From assembly GCF_000143415.4 (NCBI RefSeq), contig NW_003314313.1, positions 1,081,430 to 1,145,429 of the forward strand: 64,000 nucleotides of DNA. The letters run 5' to 3'. Position 1 is the first letter of the stretch. Each line of letters begins with the position of its first letter. This document shows, in pieces, positions 47,887 to 57,599 of the stretch. The position numbers and the translations under genes are program-made. The notes under the pieces were generated by a model. That model searched no databases. It saw nothing but the letters and a program-made list of their open reading frames with translations, and had not been told where the DNA came from. The DNA is from Selaginella moellendorffii. Its lineage: Eukaryota; Plantae; Lycopodiophyta.

Positions 47887-48750
47887 ATGAGAGTTCTTAG
47901 AGACCTCTGGGGTGAGTGTGGGTGGAGTCGAGATCTCACGACATCGATGGAAGGAGTGATCAAGGTATGCATTTGCTCCGGCAACAAAATGGGCTCTTCC
48001 AGATCAATCAAGAGGATCGCTGCTGCCTGGAGCACTGGCGAGAGGGTCGGATCGAATAGAGTCAGGAGAGCCGAGCTGGTTACGACGATCGAGCAGTGGG
48101 ATTTAAGACGGTCCATTTCGCTGCGGTGGCTGCTGGTTTCCACACCAATAAGTTTGTGGCGTCGGTGCTCATCACAATGCACAGCAAATGCCGCAGCGTG
48201 GCACTTGCGAGGAGGTGTTTGACGCGATGATCCAGCGCGATCTTGTTGCCTGGAACTCCGTCATCCTGGCTTATGTGGACAATGGCAATTTCTCCTCGGC
48301 TTTGAGCCTGTTCGCGAGCATGGACCTTGAAGCCGACGCGTTTACTTATGTCGCAGCGCTCAAGGCTGATTAGCAAGAGAAGTCCATCTCCTCGTGAGTT
48401 TGCTCGAGAGAGCCATTGCCATTTCACGAGCGAGTGAAGCAGCGCGGCCTCCATTCGAACTCTTGTGGCCAACGAATCAATCGAGTCAGGTTCTGCTTGG
48501 AAAAAGGGATTGCAATCCACAAACATATCAAGCAGCAGGGATTTGAGTCAGGCAGCGTTGTGGTGAGCGCTCTCATGGACATGTACTGCAAATGCCGGAG
48601 GTGCTCTCGAGTTGTTCTTTGTGCCAGTATGGGAAACGAAGGCCAGAGGAGCTAGCGCTCTTGAACAAAGGGATCGCCATTCACAAGCCGTCGATCATGG
48701 ATTTCCTTCAAGCTTAGAGGTGGCGAGCACCGGGGACATGAGGCTAGCGT
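47887..48750 (+). pseudogene. PPR pseudogene: deletion-riddled copy of the 5' part of the PPR gene at 54712-57510
   Basis: RIAAAWSTGERV, VFDAMIQRDLVAWNSVILAYVDNGNFSSALSLFASMD and FCLEKGIAIHKHIKQQGFES lie in different frames, separated by stops. Confidence 0.92.
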
Positions 48751-49366
48751 CCCTGGCTGCTTCAAGCTTTTCTCTTTTAGGCGGGTGGGGGAGATTGGCT
48801 CCCTAGATCTACGATTCCGCAACCAGCTCGTGGACCCACAGAAGCGGCAACTCCCATTGGGGCTCAGTGCGCGTGGGAGAAAGGTGGCGGGGGTGTATGG
48901 TATTTTCTGAAGTCGATGCGAGTGCTTTGCTATCACGAGCGAGATGAGCCGTGGTCGTCTTGGTGGCTTCACGGCGCCTCCCTTTATATGATGACAGTCA
49001 GGCCGATGCACTGTGGATGGGCGGCTGCTGATCGTGAGTGACGCAAGCCGGGACGAGGAACTGTGTGTGCAAGTGTGGGGGATCAGGGACGCGTACTGGA
49101 ATCCGATTGCGAGACGCTCCACTGTGACTGTGTGCTCGAGGGTGAGTTCGAGAGTGAAATGCAATCTATGCAGGCACAGCAGAAACACGCAGAGGATGGC
49201 TGGTTTCTGTGGTGCACCGACGGGGTTGATGCTGTCATCTAAGCAGTTGTTGAGCTATGAATTGAGCTCCATGAGGTGGGGCAGTCGGCAGTGGGATCCA
49301 AGTGCTGCTTTTGGAGGTGGAGAGTTTGAAATCCACACACACAACATGGTTTGGGAGGAAGCATGA
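48750..49366 (+). pseudogene. Decayed F-box-associated-like fragment (copy 3, extends further 3')
   Basis: IYDSATSSWT and DGRLLIV...VQVWGIRDAYWNPIAR; nucleotide blocks shared with 14310-14482. Confidence 0.4.
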
Positions 49367-49754
49367 AGTCTAGGCGGCGTTTTTATTTCTGGTGGCGCTA
49401 TTGATTCTCACTACATTTTAACAGTCACTCAAATATTTTATCATGTGTTTCATCTTCCACCAGTGACGTCGAGATCTTCGGTCAGAGTGTGAAGCTCGCA
49501 GTTCTTCGACCAAATGGAAGAATTGGGGCAAAAGATCGGGGATTTGCAGCTAGCATGCCTTCACGCTCGATCTCTTTAATCGAAAACGATGGAATAGCCT
49601 TTGAGAACGCTTCCAAAGCGCGAGATTCTTCGCCAGGCAAGGCATCCTGCAAGAAATGTAAATCGCTGCGCCACGCCTCGAACAAAACAATCGAACCCCA
49701 CTTCTAGCTTCCGCATCGAAGAACCCTAAAACACTTTGATCTTGCAAGAGCGCT

Positions 49755-49970
49755 GAAAGATCGATGGAAGGAGCGATCAAGGTTTGTCCTCCAAATCGAG
49801 AGTGGCGGGTCATCCGGCAAAGGGAAAAAAGAGCCTGTGGAGCCAAGCCAGGGATTTGGAAAGAGGGACGATGGTATGCGCTGCGGTGGCCGCTGGTTCT
49901 CACACCAAACAAGTATGCTCATCACAATGTATGACAAATGCCGTAGCGTGGCACTTGCGAGGGAGATGCT
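49755..49970 (+). pseudogene. Second shredded remnant of the 5' end of the 57.5-kb PPR gene
   Basis: tcgatggaaggagcgatcaagg, ccagggatttggaaagaggga, cgctgcggtggccgctggtt and gctcatcacaatgta...gtggcacttgcgagggag match the reverse complement of about 57243-57535. Confidence 0.8.
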
Positions 49971-50046
49971 TGCTGCTGCAGAGAGGATGGCAACGCTGCT
50001 GGCTTCAAGGTTTTCAGACACCAGGAAGTAATGCTCGGTGAGGAGA

Positions 50047-52608
50047 ATGAGCAGAAGAAAAGCTCCCGCGAGCTTTGTAGCAGCACTCAAGAGCTGCGTT
50101 GCTCTGGCTGCAAAGGAAGAAGGCGCAAAGGTTGATGATGGGAAACTAGTGAAGCTCAGGGCTTTGGAGAGAGGCATTTCCATCCACGCGCGAGCGACCT
50201 GCAGTGGCTGTGACGCAGATGCCTTTGTCAGCTGCTCCTTGATGGAGATGTACGCCAAGTGTGGAAGAATGGTGGAAGCTCGTGCCGTGTTTGACAAACT
50301 CTTGAGGTGTTCTTCCATTCTACCTAGTGTTGTTTTGTGGACTGTGCTGATACAAGGCTATACTGAAAACGGCGAGCCATGCATTGCTCTCGACTTGTTC
50401 TCACGCATGAAAGAGGAGAACTATTGTCAGCCCAATCCTCGAACGATTGTCCCTGCGTTGAAGGCCTGCTCGCTCCTGGCAGCCGAAGAAGTTAACGTAC
50501 TGGATGATACAGTCGAGAGGAAGAAAAGTGTGATCAAGCGACATTCGCTGCGTAAGGGGATGGAAATCCATGCTCAAGCGCTAGAGCAGGGGTTTCATTC
50601 GGATATTTTCGTATCAAACACTCTGGTACACATGTATGCCAAGTGTGGGAGCATGGTGGATGCTCGCAGAGTGTTTGACAGGGCACTGGATCGGTCGACC
50701 GTGTCGTGGAACATTTTGATGCTTGGATACGTAGAGCACGGAGAAGCTGGCTTGGTTCTCGAGCTGTTTTCATGCATGGAACGATCCGGGGCTGCTCCAA
50801 ATGCTCTCAGCTTTGTGGCTGCGTTGAAGGCTTGCACTAGTTTGGCGGACGAGGAACAAGGAACCGTGGTGGATGGAGGCAAACTTGTCAAAGTCCGTGC
50901 TTTAGAAGATGGCATGGCTGTCCATGCTCAAGCGTTGGAGGCTGGCTACTACAACTCGGACGCGTTCGTCAGCAATGCTCTCATCGATATGTACTGTAAT
51001 TGTGGGAGAATGGTGGAGGCCAAGAGGGTGTTTGACGAGCTACATCTCCAGCGCACTGTGGTGTCCTGGAACGCACTGATGCTTGGCTACGTTGAAAATG
51101 GCGAAGAAGAATCGGCTCTACAAGCGCTGGCGATGATGGAAGGCTGTAATTGCGTGCCAACATCTCGGACTTTCCTTGCTGCTTTGAAGGCTTGCTCGGG
51201 GCTCGCAGCAAAAGAAGAAGCAGGAGAGGAATCTGCCAAGCTCGAGAGCTTGGAGAGAGGCATGGCTATTCACTCGAGAGCCGAGAAGCAAGGACTTGGT
51301 GTGGACTTGTTCGTAGCGAGCACGCTTGTGGATATGTATTCCAAGTGTGGCAGCATGCTTGATGCCCGCCGGGTTTTCGACCGGATGGAGAAGCACAGCA
51401 GTGTGGCGTGGACGGCGCTTATACTGGGGTATACGGAGAAAGGTGACAGTGACTTAGCACTAGAGTTGTTTGCATCCATGCAACAAGAAAACTGTCCACG
51501 CGACGCACCGGCCTTTGTTGCGGCTCTCAAGGCGTGCGCTGCTATGGCTGCGAGAGAAGAATCAACTCCAGTGGATCAAAAGCTCGTGAAATCGGTGGCC
51601 TTGGAAAAGGTGGCCGAGATTCATCCGCAGGCCATTGCGAGCGGCTTGATCTCCGACCTCTACTTGGCGAGCTCCCTGGTGGACTTGTATGCGAGCTGTG
51701 GAAGCATGGAAGATGCCCGCAGTGTCTACGACAAGATGCCTCGACACGATGTAGTGTCGTGGGCTTCTCTGGTTCTCGGTTATGCCGAGAGTGGTCAAGC
51801 GGAGCTCGCTTTGGAACTCTTCTTTCGAACGAGAGTTGAAAGGAGTCACGAGTGCGCATCGAATGCCGTGAGCTTTGTAGGTGCTCTCAAGGCCTGTGGA
51901 AGTCTAACAGCTCTCGAGACTGGGAAGAGAAGAGTCCATGGTGACTTGTGCAGGAGCGGGCTGGAGCTAGAGAGCACGGTGGTTGCAAACTCTCTCGTAG
52001 ATTTCTATGGCAAGTGTGCTTGCCTGATCCAGTCGCAGCATATGTTCGATTCCATCGTGAGAAAGGATGCAGCGAGCTGGACTTCACTGTTAGCCGGATA
52101 CTGTCGGCAAGGCAACGTTTCTCGGGCACTGGAGCTCTTTCACGCGATGCAGCACGAAGATGGCTTGCGTCCAACACCTGTAACATTTACGTGCCTTCTC
52201 ACGGCTTGCAGCCACGCCGGGCTCGTCGACCAGGGGAAGAAGTTGTTCCAACTCATGTTGTCCAAGTATGGAGTGAGGCCGACTCTCGAGCACTACCACT
52301 GCCTGGCGGACTTGCTTGGCAGGGCCAACCGGGTAGCCGAAGCAGTGACGCTACTGGAGACAATGCCATACTCGCCGACTGCTGTGTCGTGGAGGACAAT
52401 GCTAAGTGCCTGCCGGAAGTGGGACAACATTGAGTTGGGAAAGAGAGCATACGAATCCCTGATGGATTTGAGCGTCAAGGACACAGCAGGCTATTCCCTC
52501 ATCAGGAACCTGTATGGAAGTACCGCAACAGAAAACCATCAGATCATACCGGATGAGAGTCATGCTTACCAAGCGAAGCTTTTTGATCTTCAAGTACGTA
52601 GTGCTTAG
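50047..52608 (+). CDS. PLS-class PPR protein with E domain and no DYW; N-terminus probably truncated
   Basis: About 850-aa intronless ORF of P-L-S triplets (VSWN.L..GY.E.G; F.AALKAC; LVDMY.KCG). Ends LTACSHAGLVD, HYHCLADLLGRAN, SWRTMLSACRKW, Y.LIRNLY. First ATG at 50047 is at the start of an L motif. Confidence 0.88.
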   Translation: MSRRKAPASFVAALKSCVALAAKEEGAKVDDGKLVKLRALERGISIHARATCSGCDADAFVSCSLMEMYAKCGRMVEARAVFDKLLRCSSILPSVVLWTVLIQGYTENGEPCIALDLFSRMKEENYCQPNPRTIVPALKACSLLAAEEVNVLDDTVERKKSVIKRHSLRKGMEIHAQALEQGFHSDIFVSNTLVHMYAKCGSMVDARRVFDRALDRSTVSWNILMLGYVEHGEAGLVLELFSCMERSGAAPNALSFVAALKACTSLADEEQGTVVDGGKLVKVRALEDGMAVHAQALEAGYYNSDAFVSNALIDMYCNCGRMVEAKRVFDELHLQRTVVSWNALMLGYVENGEEESALQALAMMEGCNCVPTSRTFLAALKACSGLAAKEEAGEESAKLESLERGMAIHSRAEKQGLGVDLFVASTLVDMYSKCGSMLDARRVFDRMEKHSSVAWTALILGYTEKGDSDLALELFASMQQENCPRDAPAFVAALKACAAMAAREESTPVDQKLVKSVALEKVAEIHPQAIASGLISDLYLASSLVDLYASCGSMEDARSVYDKMPRHDVVSWASLVLGYAESGQAELALELFFRTRVERSHECASNAVSFVGALKACGSLTALETGKRRVHGDLCRSGLELESTVVANSLVDFYGKCACLIQSQHMFDSIVRKDAASWTSLLAGYCRQGNVSRALELFHAMQHEDGLRPTPVTFTCLLTACSHAGLVDQGKKLFQLMLSKYGVRPTLEHYHCLADLLGRANRVAEAVTLLETMPYSPTAVSWRTMLSACRKWDNIELGKRAYESLMDLSVKDTAGYSLIRNLYGSTATENHQIIPDESHAYQAKLFDLQVRSA

Positions 52609-54257
52609 CTATCCGATGTCCTCACGAACAATCTCCAGGGGCCGCTTGTGGATCGGTAGTATCCTTGGCCTCGTCTCAAAAGGCTTCTTTTTTATCTTCT
52701 TCAAGCGAGGATTCCTCAAGAGCCTCAGAAACCAGCCACGGGGATACGTCTCCGAATTGAGAATGATGTCGCGAGCCACGCCCTCCGGAAGCCGTCTCAA
52801 CATGTTGCACATCTTTCTTGGCCGCCGTCGCTTCTCAATGCGTGGCGACTCGAGCCATCTGTAAATCTTGCTCTCTCGAGGGGAAAGCTGCTTGTCAGGA
52901 TTTGGAGACTCGAAGTCGATAGCCAGCAGCTCCGCCTGTGCCACCGGCTTGACGTACTCGGTGTCAAGCCTCTGGTAGAACCTCCGAAAAACTTTCTGTC
53001 CGTGAGCAACAGCGTCGATCTCGGTCTCGGAGCGCACTCCCAGCGGATTCATGAGAAGCCACCCATCTTCGTCGTACACGAAAGTGTTGCCTTTGTCCAC
53101 TTCAGTGATGTAAGTTCCAAGGTGTTTTTCAAGGTACTTCTTGAGATATCCCGCCACAGCCTCGAACTCGGTTTGGAACAAGATCTAGGAAAGAAAAGAT
53201 GCTCAAAACAAAACGAAGAAAGAAGAAAAGTGGTACCTTTCCACCAGGAGCAAGGCATCGCATAAATCGTTCCACAAGGTCTTTGTTTACCATACGTATT
53301 CGATAGTAAATGCTGTAGATGTGAGGATCTGGGCACTGTACACGCATCTCTCAGCCGAGATACATAAAGAGAACAGAAATTACCATGATGGATATAAATT
53401 CCAACGGACCAGGATACGTTGCAAGAATAGTGTCGAAGGAGATCGTCGCGTTGCAGCACACAAAATGCCTGGCAACATAAAACATTAGTCTCGAAAATCG
53501 TGTGCCTGCTAATCACCAAACCAAGAAAATGAAGAACAGAAGCTTACAAGTTTTTGAGGCCAAGAACTTCTTGAAACCGAGTGGAGATCTCGCTTCTCTA
53601 CAAGAACAACTCGTTCGTAAAAGGAAATAAAAAACAAAAAATGCTACCTTTGGGCTCTTGTCGAGACCAAGGTAATTGATGTGGGGGTTCCTTTTGGCTA
53701 AAAGCATGATCATCTTTCCATCACCTGGTAAAACCTGTTCCTCATTCACAATCGGTTTTACACATTTGAGAACAACATTACCGGATCCTACGTCCACATG
53801 TAAAGGCTTCTCAGGATCTTCAAAGGCCATAGAATAGACGGGTGGATAAACAACATCCTGCGCAAAGACGAGTAGTAACTACAAGCAAAAGGAATTTCTC
53901 CATACCATATAGTGTGGTCTCTTGATTCTTTGGTGCTTGCATTTGTATACACCAATCTAGAGAGCAGAAGAAGAAGAAGAATTATTTTTCCTTGCAAAGA
54001 ATGAGAAAGAGTACCTTTCGCCAGCACTCTTTAACATTGAGCTCTTGGAACTGCTGGGAGATGAGATTGTCCACTTGCCTCCGCGTGACGATGCGAGGCG
54101 TGAAATTGTCAATGGGGCCCCAGAGGATGGGCACCACCTCGTCGACGTGGGGTGCGAGCTCGCCCAGCGGATCGCAGCGGCCGCGCCAAATCGAAGCGCT
54201 CGGGATCCATCGCCAGCCCACATTTCTCTTCCATAGCGGCATTACCCCATTCCTCAT
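52609..54257 (-). CDS. TrmB/TRM8-like tRNA m7G methyltransferase-family protein (organellar type), divergent, multi-exon
   Basis: AFEDPEKPLHVDVGSG|DG, NYLGLD, LKNL|HFVLCNA, YPGPLEFISIM|CPDPH, LAPGGK|ILFQTE, DEDGWLLMNPLGVRSETE. Basic transit-like N-terminus. Start codon and exons 2-3 are less certain. Confidence 0.8.
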
Positions 54258-54435
54258 AAACCCTAGAATGCTAGGATATTCCCCTTTTCAAAAACAAGAC
54301 CTAAAACCTTTAGGGTTAAAATTGAGAGAACTTTTGTTGCTGGTTATCAAGTACGAAACCAAGTCCATAGGTTTCTTCCATTTCAATCAGGGCAAAGGTG
54401 AAACTATACTGCAAAGGTTTAAATCAGTCCCTGAC

Positions 54436-54697
54436 AAATATTGAGGAGTGTCTGAGGTAATAGTTTCCCACTTACATGACAATGTGATCATAATATAGAG
54501 CAGAGTTTTGGGTGAACTGGTTGTGTTGATCATTGGTCAATCGGTAGACTCAAACGTTTTGCTGCCGAAATATTGGCAAGGTGAGATAAAATATTGCGAA
54601 TGCAGGGTAAGATCTACCTTTCCCACTTAGATGACAATTTAATCTTAATATAAAGAATGAGTTTGAGTGAACTGGGACTGCTGGTCAATGATCAATC
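54436..54697. repeat. Diverged direct repeat, period about 155 bp
   Basis: tttcccactta(c/g)atgacaat...gtgaactgg...tcaatc occurs at about 54464 and 54619. Confidence 0.7.
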
Positions 54698-54711
54698 CCC
54701 AAGGATTAGTA

Positions 54712-57510
54712 TCATAGCTTATTCTCAAACCTCCACATATTGGATATCAACACGAATGGAGCTGCGTCTCTGGTGTCCCGCGCCACCAATGCATCGAATG
54801 CAACCTTGCCAACCTCCATGTTGTTCCATTTCTTGCAAGCACCCAGCAAAATCATCCACGAAGCATCATTAACTCTACCATCCAAGCTCTTGACTAATGA
54901 CAGTGCCTCTTCCAGATGATTTGCTCGGCCAAGCACGTCCACCATGCAGTTGTAGTGTTCCACGCTCGGATTCACCAGTTTTGCCAAGTAGAGTTTTCCC
55001 TCCTCGACGAGGCCGGCATGACTACAAGCCGTAAGAACACTGATGAGCGTGATCCCATTCATCTCCAGTCCAGCTTCTAGTTCCATCGCCCTTGCTAGAG
55101 TTAGCACCTGGTTTACGTCTCCCAGAGAGCTGTATCCTGCGATCAAAGCACTCCAGGAGACGACATTTGGAGAAACCATACCAAGAAACACCTCTCTAGC
55201 CGCAACCATCTCGCCACAGTTTCCGTAGAAGTCCACCAAGGCATTTGCAAACACTTGATCTCGCTCCATTCCAAGCCTGCAAGCTCTGCCGTGAATCCAT
55301 CTTCCGAGAGATAGAGCGGCCAAAATCCCGCATCCTTTGAGCAGAGCAACATGAGTGAAGGTGTCGGCTTCACAGTCCAATCCTCCAAGTAAGAACAAGT
55401 CGAGAGCAATGCCAGGCTCGCCATTTTCCACGTAGCCAAGAAAGAGAGCGTTCCAGGAGACAATGTCACGCTGGATCATCCTGTCAAACACTTCTCTCGC
55501 TAGGACCATGCATCCACACTTGCAATATAGGTCCACAAGAGTACTCGCTACAGCCAACTTTGATTCATACCCGAGGTCTCTCACTCTCTTGTGGATCGCA
55601 ATCCCTCTTTCGAGGAGACAATTGTTTCCTGGCAAGCTTAATCCTTTCTCGCTGGCTAAAGCTCCGCAAGCTTTGAGTACCGAGACACAAGCAAAAGCGT
55701 CGGCCTCGCAGTTCATCTCCATAAACAAGTCTATAGCTGCCGCGTTTTCGCCATTCCTCACATAACCTTGGATAAGCAGGCTCGAGGTCCCAGCGTTTTT
55801 GTGGATCATCGCCTCAAACACCCGTCTAGCATGCTCCAGGCGCCCACACTTCATGTACATGTTTATCAGAGAGTTTCCTACGTTTAAGTCCGATTCCCAT
55901 CTCACAGCTGAATGGTGGTGGTCACGGAGTTTCTTGTGAATCTCAATCCCTCTCTCTAGATCTGCCAAGGCTCCGCAAACATTGAGCGCCGCAGCAAAGA
56001 CGAGAGCGTCCGGCTCACACTTGATGCTTGAGAACAATTCCATAGCTCGCTCCAAACTCCCGCACTTGGAATACAGATCCATGAGAGAAGTCACCACAAC
56101 CACGTCCGAATCAAAACCACGCTCTCTAATTTGCCTGTGGATCTCTATGCCTTCTCGGAGACAGAGTTGCCTCTCCGACTCTCTCTCCCTTGCTAAACCA
56201 GTGTAAGCCTTGAGACCGGCAGCATACGCAAACGCATCAGCGTCACACTCCATTCTCACGAACAACTCTATCCCCATGGAGAAGTCTCCATTCTCGACAT
56301 AACCCAGGATGATACACGTCCAGCTCTGGACATCTCTGGAAACCATCCCGTCAAAAACCTCCCTTGCAAACCTCATGTCTCCGCATTTGCTATACATGTA
56401 AACCAGGGTGCTCGCCACCTTTAAGCTTGAAGCGAATCCATGCTCCACGGCTTGCTTGTGGATGGCGATTCCTTTGTTCAAGAGCACTAGCTTCTCTGAG
56501 CCTTCACTTCCCATACTGGCAAGGCCACCGCAAGCTTTGAGCGCCGCAATGCACGTAAAACTATCAGGCTCATAGCATCTCATCGTCATTCTCTCGAAGA
56601 ACAACTCGAGAGCACTTCCCCAGCTCCGGCATTTGGAGTACATGTCCATGACAGCGCTGGCCACGACGCTGTCTGACTCAAATCCCTGCTGCTTGATATG
56701 TTTGTGAATTGCGATCCCTTTTTCCAAGCAAAACTTGACTCGATCGCTTTGGCTGGCCAACCGGACGATCGCCTTGAGTGCTGCAACATAGGTGAAAGAG
56801 TCGGGCTGGCAATCCATGCTCTCGAACAAATCCAGAGCTGCCAAGCTCTCGCCACTCTCGACATGCCCCAGGATCAAACACGTCCAAGTCACAACATTTC
56901 TGCAAGGAACAAGCTCCTCGAAAACTTGCATCGCTCCCCGTAAGCTCCCACACTTGCAATACATGTCCAACAGAGTGTTGGCCACGAGAACGTTCGATTG
57001 GAGGCCTCGCTGCTTCACTCGCTCGTGAATGGCAATGCCTCTCTTGAGCAAACTCTCGCGGAGATGGACTTCTCTTGCTAATCCCGCACAAGCCTTGAGC
57101 GCTGCGACATAAGTAAATGCGTCGGCTTCGAAGTCCATGCTCGCGAACAGGCTCAAAGCCGAGGAGAAATTGCCATTGTCCACGTAAGCTAGGATGATGG
57201 AGTTCCAGGCAACAAGATCGCGATGAATCATCGCGTCAAACACCTCCCTTGCAAGTGCCACGCTGCGGCATCTGCCGTACATTGTGATGAGCACCGACGC
57301 CACAAACTTGTTGGTGTGGAAACCAGCGGCCACCGCAGCGCAATGGACCCTCTTCCCTCTTTCCAAATCCCTGGCCTGGCCGCACTGCTTGATCGCAGCA
57401 ACCAGCTCGGCTCTCCTGACTCTTGTCAATCTGACCCTCTCCCCAGTGCTCCAGGCAGCAGCGATCCTCTCCACCTGGAGCAGCCCATTTTGTTGCCGGA
57501 GCGAATGCAT
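54712..57510 (-). CDS. PLS-class PPR protein with E domain and no DYW
   Basis: About 930-aa intronless ORF of PLS repeats ending LTACSHAGLVEEG, HYNCMVDVLGRAN, SWMILLGACKKW, FVLISNM. First in-frame ATG at 57510; the track starts at GTG 57561. Confidence 0.92.
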   Translation of the reverse strand: MHSLRQQNGLLQVERIAAAWSTGERVRLTRVRRAELVAAIKQCGQARDLERGKRVHCAAVAAGFHTNKFVASVLITMYGRCRSVALAREVFDAMIHRDLVAWNSIILAYVDNGNFSSALSLFASMDFEADAFTYVAALKACAGLAREVHLRESLLKRGIAIHERVKQRGLQSNVLVANTLLDMYCKCGSLRGAMQVFEELVPCRNVVTWTCLILGHVESGESLAALDLFESMDCQPDSFTYVAALKAIVRLASQSDRVKFCLEKGIAIHKHIKQQGFESDSVVASAVMDMYSKCRSWGSALELFFERMTMRCYEPDSFTCIAALKACGGLASMGSEGSEKLVLLNKGIAIHKQAVEHGFASSLKVASTLVYMYSKCGDMRFAREVFDGMVSRDVQSWTCIILGYVENGDFSMGIELFVRMECDADAFAYAAGLKAYTGLARERESERQLCLREGIEIHRQIRERGFDSDVVVVTSLMDLYSKCGSLERAMELFSSIKCEPDALVFAAALNVCGALADLERGIEIHKKLRDHHHSAVRWESDLNVGNSLINMYMKCGRLEHARRVFEAMIHKNAGTSSLLIQGYVRNGENAAAIDLFMEMNCEADAFACVSVLKACGALASEKGLSLPGNNCLLERGIAIHKRVRDLGYESKLAVASTLVDLYCKCGCMVLAREVFDRMIQRDIVSWNALFLGYVENGEPGIALDLFLLGGLDCEADTFTHVALLKGCGILAALSLGRWIHGRACRLGMERDQVFANALVDFYGNCGEMVAAREVFLGMVSPNVVSWSALIAGYSSLGDVNQVLTLARAMELEAGLEMNGITLISVLTACSHAGLVEEGKLYLAKLVNPSVEHYNCMVDVLGRANHLEEALSLVKSLDGRVNDASWMILLGACKKWNNMEVGKVAFDALVARDTRDAAPFVLISNMWRFENKL

Positions 57511-57599
57511 ACCTTGATCACTCCTTCCATCGATTTCGTGAGCTCTCGACTCCACCCTCACTCACCCAACATCAAGAGCGCTCGTCTCTACATTCTACA

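Noticed and set aside
57473-57530. Possible 38-nt intron giving an MEGVIK start for the PPR
   Set aside because: Shorter than the other introns seen here and an in-frame ATG exists at 57510; unresolved without cDNA.
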